Below are positions 9,384 to 18,637 of a DNA stretch of 64,000 nt, in pieces. The first letter of the stretch is position 1. Every line of letters begins with the position of its first letter. This DNA comes from an uncultured Gammaproteobacteria bacterium (GTDB taxonomy: Bacteria > Cyanobacteriota > Vampirovibrionia > Gastranaerophilales > CAJFVJ01). The position numbers and the translations under genes were made by a program. The stretch covers positions 5,456 through 69,455 of the forward strand of contig CAYUHE010000005.1 of assembly GCA_964444415.1 (NCBI GenBank). Reading direction: 5' to 3'. The notes beneath the pieces were generated by a model. That model was not told where the DNA came from. It ran no database searches and worked only from the letters and a program-made list of their open reading frames with translations.

Positions 9384-10205
9384 ATGGAATTGAAAAAAGT
9401 CAAACTAAACAATTTTGAATTCGGCGGGGACAAAATGGTCATTATTGCAGGACCTTGTGCCATTGAAAGCCGTGATATTGTTTTTCGAACAGCAGAAGAA
9501 CTAAAAAAAATCACAGCCGAACTCGATATTCCTTTTGTATTCAAAGCCTCTTATGACAAGGCAAATCGTACTTCGATAGACTCTTTTAGAGGCCCTGGGC
9601 TTGAAAGAGGTCTTGAGATTTTGCAAGAAGTAAAAAAAGAATTTGATTTACCGATTTTGACAGATGTTCACACTCCAAATGATGTGAGTGCCGTCGGAGA
9701 AGTTGCAGATATTATTCAAATACCGGCTTTTTTATCTCGCCAAACTGATATTTTGGTCGAAGCTGCAATGACAAATCGCATAGTCAATATCAAAAAGGGC
9801 CAATTTTTGTCTCCTGAACAAGTGCTTCTTTCAGCTCAAAAAGTTGAAAAATCGGGAAACAACAAAATCTTAATAACCGAACGAGGAAGCTCTTTTGGCT
9901 ACGGAAATCTTGTGGTTGATATGAGATCAATATATTTGCTCCAGCAAGAAGGCTACCCTGTGGTTTTTGATGCCACGCACAGCGTTCAGCTTCCAGGTGG
10001 CGGCGGAACTTGTTCTTCGGGAGACAAGAGATTTGTCGAACCATTATCAAATGCTGCTGTGGCAGCAGGTGCAAGTGCTTTATTCTTCGAAATCCATCCT
10101 GACCCAGATAAGGCACTTTGCGATGGACCAAATATGATTAAACTTTCTGATGCAAAAAAAATATTCGCCAAAAATAAAAATATTTTTAAAGCTTTAAAAA
10201 AATAA
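9384..10205 (+). CDS. kdsA: 2-dehydro-3-deoxyphosphooctonate (KDO-8-P) aldolase
   Basis: Full-length KdsA-like sequence (IAGPCAIES, FKASYDKANRTS, DATHSVQLPGG). AAGGAG SD upstream. Confidence 0.93.
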   Translation: MELKKVKLNNFEFGGDKMVIIAGPCAIESRDIVFRTAEELKKITAELDIPFVFKASYDKANRTSIDSFRGPGLERGLEILQEVKKEFDLPILTDVHTPNDVSAVGEVADIIQIPAFLSRQTDILVEAAMTNRIVNIKKGQFLSPEQVLLSAQKVEKSGNNKILITERGSSFGYGNLVVDMRSIYLLQQEGYPVVFDATHSVQLPGGGGTCSSGDKRFVEPLSNAAVAAGASALFFEIHPDPDKALCDGPNMIKLSDAKKIFAKNKNIFKALKK

Positions 10206-12194
10206 TCAATAAAGCCTTTTATAGCACCAATAAGAACGGAAAACTTTTTTGACGTAGTTTTGAGTTTCAGAATATGGAATATCTTCAACAAACTCATCTA
10301 AATCACTCGAGCGGTAATTATTTGTCCATTTTTTGACAGCACCCGGGCCTGCATTGTAAGAAGCTACCGCATACATCATATTGCCGCTATTATCATAGAG
10401 ATTTCTTAAGTAGGCACTGCCTAATTTTATATTAGTTTTGGGTCTTAACAAATCACTTCTTTTTGAATAGCTCAAACCTTTTAAACCTGCTATATGTGAT
10501 GCTGTCGAGGGCAATAGTTGCATAAGACCAAGCGCATCAGCAGGGCTTTTAATGACGGGGTTAAAATGGCTTTCTTCTTTAATTATAGAAATAATGATAG
10601 CAGCATCAAGCCTATTCTTTTTGGATGCAAGATTTATTTCTTCGACATAATACAAAGGGAATGCAAGTTTGCATATTTCATTAGTAATATCAGGATTGGG
10701 GTATTGTTCATCTATAATATTTCTGGCTTTCAGGCAAGATATTGAAGCCTCTTCTTTTTTGAATGCCACCCAGCTCTCTAGAATTTCATCAGTAATATCA
10801 TAAGCTGATACCAATTCAAAATCACCTATTTCGACAAGCTCTAAAAATTCTCGACCGTATTTTGCATACATTTTGTAAGCAGGATAGGGGTTATTTATAT
10901 TAAAAATTGAGTCTTTGAGTCTATTTGAATTTTTGACCGACCACATAGGATCTCTTTGATTTTTAAGTCCCTTTATACGACCATTTGCGCGAAAAGCATA
11001 ATAACTTGTATTGTAGTTTTCTAAAACTTCCTCGTAGCAATTTATGGCTTGTTGATTTTTGCCTTGTTTTTCAAGTATTTTGCCCGTCCAAAACAAAACT
11101 TTAGCCGAGGCATTGGTATTGTTAAATTTGCGTTTGTGCATTTTTGCAATTTTGAGTGCTTGCTTATATTTTTTGTGTTTATAATTGTCCCACATCATTT
11201 CCCACATTGCATCAGAGGCAAAATCACCATGCGGATATTCTTTAATAATTTGTCGATAAATGAGTAAAGATTTATCATCAGACGAAACTTTTGCCAAATT
11301 ATAAAGAGCATAATCATGAGCTTTTGTATTTTGACTCAAAGTTGAAAGCTCTCCCCAAGTTTCGACTTTGGTTTTTGGACTTATATTTGAATACAATTTT
11401 ATAATTTCAAGCAAATCATCTTTTGAAGTATATTTTGCATAAGTGGTCAAGCCCGTTTTGATTGTTTCCATCGCTTTATCTTTTTGACCTGTTCTGAGAT
11501 AGCATTTTGCCAAATAACACCATGCCTTTTGCTTTGAGATAACCTGCAATTGCTCAATTGCACTCCCGTATCTTTCTGCCGAATAATAAGTTATACCCAT
11601 ATTCAGTCTGTCATTGTTGCTCAAACTCGCATTGTAATCTTTCAGCTCCTTTATGCATTCAACTCCAAAACGACCTGATGGAGAAATCTCGATGTATTTT
11701 TTCCACAAATCAATTGAATACGGCAAATTTTTCTTTTTATTAATTGTGCCGACATAATAATATGCAGCAATTTTATATTCTGAATCAGGGTATTTTTCTG
11801 CAATTTTTCGAAAAGTTTTTTCTGCCAATCTAGTCTCGCCAGCTCTCATATAAGCTTGTCCAAGCCTATAATGTGCAGCAGGCAAAAGCTTCGATTTAGG
11901 AAATTTTGTTATAAGTGTCTCAAGTTTTTTGATTGCTGTTTTTTCATCTTCTATATTTGCTGCGCAATCAGCCTGATGATACAAAACCCCATCGTATGCG
12001 AAATAAAAAGGCGATACTTTTTTAAAAGCATAATAAGCTTCTTTGTATTCTCCTCTTTTTTCAAGCTCTAAAGCATTTTTATAGAAATTTCTGTCCAAAC
12101 TTGGTGCATTCAGAAAATTGCTATGCCCCAAAAACAGGTAAACTCCAAGGCCAATAAATATAAACCAAAATAATGTTGAATTTTTTATTCTCAT
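10206..12194 (-). CDS. Soluble lytic murein transglycosylase (Slt70-like, TPR/superhelical N-domain)
   Basis: C-terminal SLT motifs EESHFNP, GLMQL, AYNAGPG. N-terminal signal-like hydrophobic segment. Confidence 0.82.
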   Translation of the reverse strand: MRIKNSTLFWFIFIGLGVYLFLGHSNFLNAPSLDRNFYKNALELEKRGEYKEAYYAFKKVSPFYFAYDGVLYHQADCAANIEDEKTAIKKLETLITKFPKSKLLPAAHYRLGQAYMRAGETRLAEKTFRKIAEKYPDSEYKIAAYYYVGTINKKKNLPYSIDLWKKYIEISPSGRFGVECIKELKDYNASLSNNDRLNMGITYYSAERYGSAIEQLQVISKQKAWCYLAKCYLRTGQKDKAMETIKTGLTTYAKYTSKDDLLEIIKLYSNISPKTKVETWGELSTLSQNTKAHDYALYNLAKVSSDDKSLLIYRQIIKEYPHGDFASDAMWEMMWDNYKHKKYKQALKIAKMHKRKFNNTNASAKVLFWTGKILEKQGKNQQAINCYEEVLENYNTSYYAFRANGRIKGLKNQRDPMWSVKNSNRLKDSIFNINNPYPAYKMYAKYGREFLELVEIGDFELVSAYDITDEILESWVAFKKEEASISCLKARNIIDEQYPNPDITNEICKLAFPLYYVEEINLASKKNRLDAAIIISIIKEESHFNPVIKSPADALGLMQLLPSTASHIAGLKGLSYSKRSDLLRPKTNIKLGSAYLRNLYDNSGNMMYAVASYNAGPGAVKKWTNNYRSSDLDEFVEDIPYSETQNYVKKVFRSYWCYKRLY

Positions 12195-12195
12195 C

Positions 12196-13749
12196 TTACT
12201 CTTCTATAATCAACTTATCTGAACATTTCGGACTAACTCTTTTTTCGGCTTGGATATAATCAATAACAGCATTTGTGACAGAATAATCCATTCTTGATGA
12301 ATTAAGAAAACGCTTAAATTGCAAATATCCGTCTCCGCCTGAAAATAAATAATCCGTTGTAAGAACTTTGTAAGTGGCATTTTCATCCAGCTCTTTGTCG
12401 TTTATTTTAACATTTTTTATACGATTTCCCTCTTTTGTAACTTTTTCTAAATCTGCTGACAAAATTTGAGGCTCTCCCTTAAAGTCAATTGTGTATGAAA
12501 TGCCTTTTGTCTGTAAAAATGCTTCATTTTTAGACGGGAAACGTCTGGCAGAATTTTCTAGTATTGACTTGATATCACTACCTTTTAGCTCTAGTAAAAC
12601 TATTTTATTTGAAAAAGGCAGCATTTCTATAATCTCCATTTTCGAAATTTTTCCTTTTGGAAGGATTTTATTGCCTCTTATAGATCCTGAATTTATCATC
12701 GAAATATCAGCTGTCGGGCTTGTTTTTGCAATTGCCTGAAGAACCAAAGCACCTGAATTTGTAAGACTTTTGTTCAAAGATTCTTTTCTCAAATCCAAAT
12801 CAACATTTATTGTTCCTGTTTTTTGAGTTTTTATCAAATTTACATCAGAATTAAGTTTTGCGACCTTTTTTTCTGTTTGAGGGTCAGACGGCACATTTTC
12901 ATCCAGAGGAATCAACTTATAAGAATATTTATTTATACCGTCCTCATCAAAATCTATATCCAAACGCCCCAATTTCACGCCAAATTCGCCTGCTTGGACA
13001 ACCAAAGTCTTTCTGCCTTGTTTATTAACGCAAAAAGCTTTTTCCATAAATGTATGCGAATGACCGCCGACTATAACATCAATTCCATAAGTATTTTTTG
13101 CGGTCTCAATGTCTTTTTCCGCTCCGCTATGCGAAAGAAGAACAAGAAAATCGACATCATTGCGAATATAATCTACAAGAAATTGTAATGTTTTTTCATA
13201 ATCTCTCAATTCGATTTCATCTGAATATGCACTGATATGCTTGAACTCAGGGGTCGTCATACCTATTATACCTACTCTGTAGCCCTCGTAATCTTTTGTT
13301 ATCTGGGATTTTATTTTGCCATTAAGATAAAAATTGTGTTTAAACTCAAGATTTGCTCCCAAAAATGGCGTTTTGGTCAGTTTTGTAAGATTTTCGAAAG
13401 TTTCAACACCTTTATCAAGCTCATGATTTCCCACGCAGATAGCGTCATATCCTGCAATATCAAGAAAATTCATCTCGGGCATCCCGTCAAAAAGCTGATA
13501 ATAAACACTTCCTTGATAAATATCACCTGAATCCAATACAAGTGTGTTTTTTGTTTTTGATTTTATATCTTTTATCAGACCTACACGTCTTGCCCATCCG
13601 CCTAATGGTTTTTGACCTTGCTGATATTCAATGGGGTCAATTCTCCCATGGATATCGTTTGAATGCAAAATCGTAAGTTCATAGCCAAAAGCTATGTTCA
13701 GCGATAATAAAAATATGGTTAATATTGTTATTATTCTTTGCTTAAGCAT
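12196..13749 (-). CDS. 5'-nucleotidase / metallophosphoesterase family protein (secreted)
   Basis: Motifs HSNDIHGR, GDIYQG, GNHELD, GGHSH, plus a C-terminal 5'-nucleotidase domain. Start re-called to ATG 13749 (MLKQRI...), preceded by GGAGGAG. Confidence 0.82.
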   Translation of the reverse strand: MLKQRIITILTIFLLSLNIAFGYELTILHSNDIHGRIDPIEYQQGQKPLGGWARRVGLIKDIKSKTKNTLVLDSGDIYQGSVYYQLFDGMPEMNFLDIAGYDAICVGNHELDKGVETFENLTKLTKTPFLGANLEFKHNFYLNGKIKSQITKDYEGYRVGIIGMTTPEFKHISAYSDEIELRDYEKTLQFLVDYIRNDVDFLVLLSHSGAEKDIETAKNTYGIDVIVGGHSHTFMEKAFCVNKQGRKTLVVQAGEFGVKLGRLDIDFDEDGINKYSYKLIPLDENVPSDPQTEKKVAKLNSDVNLIKTQKTGTINVDLDLRKESLNKSLTNSGALVLQAIAKTSPTADISMINSGSIRGNKILPKGKISKMEIIEMLPFSNKIVLLELKGSDIKSILENSARRFPSKNEAFLQTKGISYTIDFKGEPQILSADLEKVTKEGNRIKNVKINDKELDENATYKVLTTDYLFSGGDGYLQFKRFLNSSRMDYSVTNAVIDYIQAEKRVSPKCSDKLIIEE

Positions 13750-13941
13750 CCCAAATCTCCTCCTAAAATTATAGCACAACAAAAGAATTCGGACTTAATT
13801 TTAAGAATAAAATAACATAAACCACATGGCCTATCCCCTTGATTTAATTTACTCCCTATGGTCGATGATTGTTTATTTAAAATAACGAATAATGTGATAA
13901 CTAGACTAATGGCAAATTTTTTTCAAGAAGGAGGTTTTTGA

Positions 13942-14085
13942 ATGGTTGTACTATCGTTGCAAAAATATATGCCCAAAAAAAACAATCCCCGAATAGGAAA
14001 TTTTTCAGAAGCAAATTATTCGAAATACTACAAAAATATAATCAAAGATTATATTTATTATTCTCAAAAGCGGTTAATAGTGTGA
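13942..14085 (+). CDS. Possible 47-aa small protein (Lys/Tyr/Asn-rich)
   Basis: GAAGGAGG at 13927-13934, 7 nt before the ATG. My translation is MVVLSLQKYMPKKNNPRIGNFSEANYSKYYKNIIKDYIYYSQKRLIV. A 9-bp hairpin lies at 14123-14145 downstream. Confidence 0.2.
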   Translation: MVVLSLQKYMPKKNNPRIGNFSEANYSKYYKNIIKDYIYYSQKRLIV

Positions 14086-14156
14086 GTTATTATAGATAGG
14101 GGCGAGTGGAAGGTGATTTTCACACTTGATGAAAAGCATCAAGTGGATTTAATAAA

Positions 14157-14180
14157 AAGGTCGGTATAAAAACCGGCCTT
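14157..14180 (-). terminator. Rho-independent terminator for the PyrK-like gene
   Basis: The minus strand reads AAGGCCGGT-TTTTAT-ACCGACCTT followed by TTTTATT. 9-bp stem with one G-U pair. Confidence 0.5.
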
Positions 14181-14194
14181 ATCCTTTTATAAAA

Positions 14195-15037
14195 TTATTT
14201 ATCTTCTGCTTGTTTAATCAAATTACAATTTTCGTCACGATCTTTCTCGTGCCCTTTGTAGATTTTGAGCCTTTGCATAACTTCATCGAAATCTACTTTA
14301 TGTGCATCAAAATCAGGGCCGTCAACGCAAGCGAATTTAACTTCACCGCCGACTGTAACTCTGCAAGCACCGCACATTCCTGTCCCGTCAACCATAATCG
14401 GGTTCATACTTGCAACAGTATAAATTCCGGGAGAGCGTGTAAGTTCTGCAACAGCTCTCATCATTGGCATAGGACCGACTGCAACAACGTGGTCTATTTT
14501 TTCTTGAGACATAAGTCTTTCCACAACGCCTGTTACAAAACCTTTTTCGCCAAGTGAACCATCATCGGTTGTGATGAACAATTCTTCACAAGCATTTTTC
14601 ATTTTTTCTTGCCAGAAAATCAAATCTTTATTTCTTGCACCCATAACCATATAAACTTTGTTTCCTGCATCTTTGAATGCTTTTGCAATCAAATAACATG
14701 GTGCAGCGCCGTATCCGCCGGCAACACAGATTACTGTACCGAATTTGTGTGCATGAGTCGGCATACCCAGAGGCCCTACAAGATCAAAAATCTCATCACC
14801 AACTTCAAGCTTGGCAAGCTGTTTTGTTGTATAACCAACTGCCATAAACACAATGGTCAACTCATTTTTCTCTTTATTCAAATCAGCAATAGTCAAAGGC
14901 ACTCTTTCGCCTTCATCATTCACTCTCAAAATTACAAACTGTCCTGCCTCTGCATTCCTTACTACATAAGGGGCATCAACAACGATTTCGTATTGCCCTT
15001 CGCAAAGTTTTGTTTTAGATAAAATTTTATAACCCAC
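14195..15037 (-). CDS. PyrK/NfnA-type FAD/NAD(P)-binding oxidoreductase subunit with a C-terminal [2Fe-2S] motif
   Basis: FNR-like fold strings (GQFVILRV, RVPLTIA, GGYGAAP) and a Cys cluster GMCGACRV...FACVDGP. GTG 15037 preceded by GGGAG is preferred over the TTG extension at 15091. Confidence 0.75.
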   Translation of the reverse strand: MGYKILSKTKLCEGQYEIVVDAPYVVRNAEAGQFVILRVNDEGERVPLTIADLNKEKNELTIVFMAVGYTTKQLAKLEVGDEIFDLVGPLGMPTHAHKFGTVICVAGGYGAAPCYLIAKAFKDAGNKVYMVMGARNKDLIFWQEKMKNACEELFITTDDGSLGEKGFVTGVVERLMSQEKIDHVVAVGPMPMMRAVAELTRSPGIYTVASMNPIMVDGTGMCGACRVTVGGEVKFACVDGPDFDAHKVDFDEVMQRLKIYKGHEKDRDENCNLIKQAEDK

Positions 15038-15105
15038 TTCTACCGGCTCCCTTTTTCTAACTATATTAATAGTATATCTAATGAAAGCCAAAGGACAAGA
15101 TTTGT

Positions 15106-15133
15106 TTGAAATGTTAAGATTTTGTAGTATAAT
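15106..15133 (+). promoter_or_regulatory. Candidate sigma-70 promoter TTGAAA-16 nt-TATAAT for the HD-GYP gene
   Basis: Hexamers read at 15106-15111 and 15128-15133, 31 nt upstream of ATG 15165. Confidence 0.35.
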
Positions 15134-15164
15134 AAATTAATCTAGGGAAAAAGTCGAGAGTGGA

Positions 15165-17717
15165 ATGTTTACAAAGTTTCTGAAAAAATTTGAATTACCG
15201 AACGCCAATGCTACCAAGGCTTATACCTTGTTTGATAAAGCTTTGTTGGAAGTTAAAAAAAGAAATTTTGAAAATGCTTTAAGCCTATTTGAAAAAGCCA
15301 AAGAAATTTTCATCGAAATCGGAAATGATGAAAAAATAGCGCTATGCGTTGCAGAAATTGCTATGGTTTATTTCAACATTTCCAGAGATAATCTTGCAAA
15401 ATCCACGCGTTTGCTTGAAGAAGCCAGCGCATATTTTGAAATCGGGACTAAAAAAAATGATATTTTAGCCCACATAATTCTTTATTTCGGTATTCTTGAA
15501 TATTCTCAAAAAAATTATACACGTGCTTTGAAATTATATAAAAATGCCCAAGAATTAACAAATAAAAATACCATGGTAAATGCCTGCATCTTAGATAATA
15601 TAGCGGTTTACAACTTAAGAGCAAAGAATTTCCCACTCGCCCAAAAATATCTTGAAGACTCTTTGCGTACAAAAATAAAATTCAAAAACAATGCCGAAAT
15701 AGCAGAAACAGCGACTCTTTTAGGTAGATATTTTGTCAGCGTTGAAGATTCGGCTAATGCAATTAAATTTTTAAAGGTTTCAAAAGAACTTTTAAAAAAA
15801 GATGATAATTATAACAGTCTTGCAAGGGTTTTAGATGAAATTACCAAAGCTTATTTGCTCGAAAAAGACACAAAAAAGGCTGAATATTATTACAATAAAG
15901 CTTTAGAAGTTGCCCCAAAATGCTTGAATACGAAAATATATGCATTTTTATATTGTACTTATGCCGAAATTTTAACCCTCAAAAATCGTCCTGAAGAAGC
16001 TTTGGAACTAATAAAAAACAATGTTGAGCCTATCTTTACAACTGCCAGAGAAAAAGCAATTTTAAAAAAAATAATGTCAAAAGTTTATATCAAACTCGGG
16101 CATTTTGAATTGGCATTAGAAAAAAACCATGAAGCATTGAATCTTTTTCACAGCATCGAAAATCATATTGACGCAATAAAATGTCATATTGATTTGGCTT
16201 ATATTTATGCCCACAAAGATTACCTTCAGATGGCTACATCCAGTCTTCTTGAGGCTTTAGAGCTTTCAAAATCATACGATTTGCAAGTATTTTCACAAAA
16301 AATCGAAGATATAATTTTCGAACTTGATAAAGAAGAATGGGTAAATATTCTAAACGACAAAGTCAGCAAGAAAAAAAGTCTTACCGATAACAAATCTTTA
16401 ATTGAAACACTTAGCTTGCTTGAAAATATCACACAGGAAGAAGATCCTTATAAAGACCCTTTGATTTCACTTTTGAAAATCGGTCGTTCGATTTCAGCAG
16501 AAACCGATTTGGATAAACTAATCAAAATCATGGAGCGTGAAACCAAAGCTGCTCTTGATGCGCAAACCTGTACTGTTTTCACTTATCATCATCAGACAAA
16601 TGAATTAAGTGCAAAAATTCTTGTCGGCGCAGAACTTCAAGAAGTAAGATTTTCTGCCCAAGAAGGTCTGGCGGGCTATGTTGCCAGAACAGGTGAAGGC
16701 GTAAACATCAAAGATGCTTATAACGATGATAGATTTAACCGTGATATAGATGCTTATCGCCCTGAAAAAACCAAAACTATTTTGTGCATTCCATTCAAAA
16801 ACCTCAATCAACAAGTGGTTGGTGTTATACAAGTTATTAACAAGAAAAATAATCGCATTTTCTTAGATAAAGATGAAGATTTACTTATGGCAATCGGCTC
16901 AAGTGCAGGCATAGCAATTGAAAATGCGATGCTATTCGCTAATCAGAAAATGATGTTTGAGGAGCAAAAAAATTCTTTCAAAAGTTTTGTTGATGCCTTA
17001 TCAAAATCCATCGACGCAAGAGACAGCATAACAGCAGGTCATTCAGGCAGAGTGAAAGATTTGTCCGCCGCTATCTGCATCGAAATGCGGATTTCTGATG
17101 AAGATGTAGAAGTTATAAAATACGCAGCAAATCTGCATGATATCGGCAAAATCGGCATCAGAGACAGCGTTCTTTTAAAATGCGGCAAACTTACAGATGA
17201 AGAATACAAACATATTCAAGAGCACGCAAAAATTACAGCCGATATCTTGAATAAAATTTCATTCCAAGAAAAATTAAAAGACGTTCCGTTTATCGCATCT
17301 TCTCATCACGAAAAATATGACGGTTCAGGTTATTTCAGAAATCTAAAAGGCTGCGACATTCCTTTTGGAGGAAGAGTTTTAGCGATAGCAGATGTTTTTG
17401 ATGCAATAACATCCAAACGTCATTATCGTGACAAAATGCCTATTGAAAGAGCTTTAGGGGTTTTACTAGAAGGTAAGGGAACGCATTTTGACCCTTGTAT
17501 TATTGACAAATTCTTTGAAATCCCTCTGCATAAAGTGCTTAATGTGATTATTTCAAACCATGAAAAAAGTTTGACCTCTTCTCAAATAGATTATTTTGAC
17601 AAATATACAGTTGATAATCTCTTTAAGTCCGCCATCAAACCAGAAGAAGAGAGAACTGTAATCGAAAGACTTTTAGTAACAAACTTCAATAAACTTTATT
17701 TAGGATTGGAAGAATAA
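15165..17717 (+). CDS. TPR - GAF - HD-GYP domain protein (putative c-di-GMP phosphodiesterase)
   Basis: An N-terminal ~400 aa of TPR-like helical repeats, then a GAF-like region (CTVFTY...GLAGYVARTGEGVNIKDAY...ILCIPF), then HD-GYP signatures HDIGKIGI and HHEKYDGSGY. Confidence 0.85.
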   Translation: MFTKFLKKFELPNANATKAYTLFDKALLEVKKRNFENALSLFEKAKEIFIEIGNDEKIALCVAEIAMVYFNISRDNLAKSTRLLEEASAYFEIGTKKNDILAHIILYFGILEYSQKNYTRALKLYKNAQELTNKNTMVNACILDNIAVYNLRAKNFPLAQKYLEDSLRTKIKFKNNAEIAETATLLGRYFVSVEDSANAIKFLKVSKELLKKDDNYNSLARVLDEITKAYLLEKDTKKAEYYYNKALEVAPKCLNTKIYAFLYCTYAEILTLKNRPEEALELIKNNVEPIFTTAREKAILKKIMSKVYIKLGHFELALEKNHEALNLFHSIENHIDAIKCHIDLAYIYAHKDYLQMATSSLLEALELSKSYDLQVFSQKIEDIIFELDKEEWVNILNDKVSKKKSLTDNKSLIETLSLLENITQEEDPYKDPLISLLKIGRSISAETDLDKLIKIMERETKAALDAQTCTVFTYHHQTNELSAKILVGAELQEVRFSAQEGLAGYVARTGEGVNIKDAYNDDRFNRDIDAYRPEKTKTILCIPFKNLNQQVVGVIQVINKKNNRIFLDKDEDLLMAIGSSAGIAIENAMLFANQKMMFEEQKNSFKSFVDALSKSIDARDSITAGHSGRVKDLSAAICIEMRISDEDVEVIKYAANLHDIGKIGIRDSVLLKCGKLTDEEYKHIQEHAKITADILNKISFQEKLKDVPFIASSHHEKYDGSGYFRNLKGCDIPFGGRVLAIADVFDAITSKRHYRDKMPIERALGVLLEGKGTHFDPCIIDKFFEIPLHKVLNVIISNHEKSLTSSQIDYFDKYTVDNLFKSAIKPEEERTVIERLLVTNFNKLYLGLEE

Positions 17718-18440
17718 TTATTCGTCTATATTTGATAAATAGGCTCTATAATCTCTTACCGTATCAGTATTTCTTCGATTTTTTAAAAGGATTTTATATT
17801 CTTCAGGGGTTAGATTTTTTTCATACATATCAAGCTCGTGAGGTTTTAGACTTGGTATAATTGATATATTGTAAGTTTGCCCTGTTTTTATATCCATCAA
17901 AAGACCTGTTGCACCTTCTTTATGGGAAAATAAATCTTGTTCTATTAAATTTTTTGCGGGGATTTTTAATTTTTGCATAAATTCCAAAGTCGCTCCTAGC
18001 ATAGAATCTTCTGTCCTGTAAAAACTCCCCCTCAAATGTCTTACAAAAAGATTCTCGGGATTTACATCAAAAAGAGCCTTTTGGATATTCCTGACTGAAA
18101 ACACATTCAAAAGTCTTTCAACAGAGTCCACATGCGCCAATAAACCTGTTTGGGTCACAGGGTCATGCATTGTCAGCTTTGTGCAACACCCTACACCATC
18201 TGTGCCTAAAAATCTTGTCGCCTCATTTAAATATTTTCGAACACAGAAAAAACTTTGCGGTACATGTTTTGCAAATGCAGGCACACCTTTTTTAAAATAT
18301 TTTACATCAATAGAATCAATATCTGCCTTCTCTAAAGTTTTAACAAAATTATAACCTTTGAAATTACAAACTTTTCTTTGCTTTTGAAAAGCATAAGGAT
18401 TTTTGCAACTGTTATTTGATACACTCGAAACGACTTTCAT
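17718..18440 (-). CDS. Hypothetical protein with a CheD-like (deamidase-fold) core
   Basis: The segment TDGVGCCTKLTMHDPVTQTGLLAHVD parallels the CheD signature as I recall it (TLGLGSCVAVCMRDPVAKVGAMAHVMLP), including the catalytic Cys and His positions. There is also a ~85-aa N-terminal extension. Confidence 0.4.
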   Translation of the reverse strand: MKVVSSVSNNSCKNPYAFQKQRKVCNFKGYNFVKTLEKADIDSIDVKYFKKGVPAFAKHVPQSFFCVRKYLNEATRFLGTDGVGCCTKLTMHDPVTQTGLLAHVDSVERLLNVFSVRNIQKALFDVNPENLFVRHLRGSFYRTEDSMLGATLEFMQKLKIPAKNLIEQDLFSHKEGATGLLMDIKTGQTYNISIIPSLKPHELDMYEKNLTPEEYKILLKNRRNTDTVRDYRAYLSNIDE

Positions 18441-18610
18441 CTATTCCCTTTCAACGGATATATATTTGTTTTAAGTAAAAAGGAATAAAAAATTGCGTCA
18501 TTGTTTTGTAACTAAATGTAAATATTCGAGATGATTATAGCAATTTTATATATAAAGTGGTTTTTATATATATACATGATATAACCTTCCCTTCCTAGAA
18601 AAAATTTCTT

Positions 18611-18634
18611 AACTCCTTATGGGAGTTTTTTTTT
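18611..18634. terminator. Hairpin terminator downstream of kdsB (AACTCC-TTATG-GGAGTT plus T-run)
   Basis: 6-bp stem. T9 run on the plus strand and T-rich sequence on the minus strand after AAGAAA. Confidence 0.45.
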
Positions 18635-18637
18635 GCT

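Noticed and set aside
9188-9418. 76-aa ORF spanning the response regulator / kdsA intergenic region
   Set aside because: It runs through the two long inverted repeats and into the kdsA start. It is Cys/Leu-rich and has no SD. It is better explained as a structured non-coding element.
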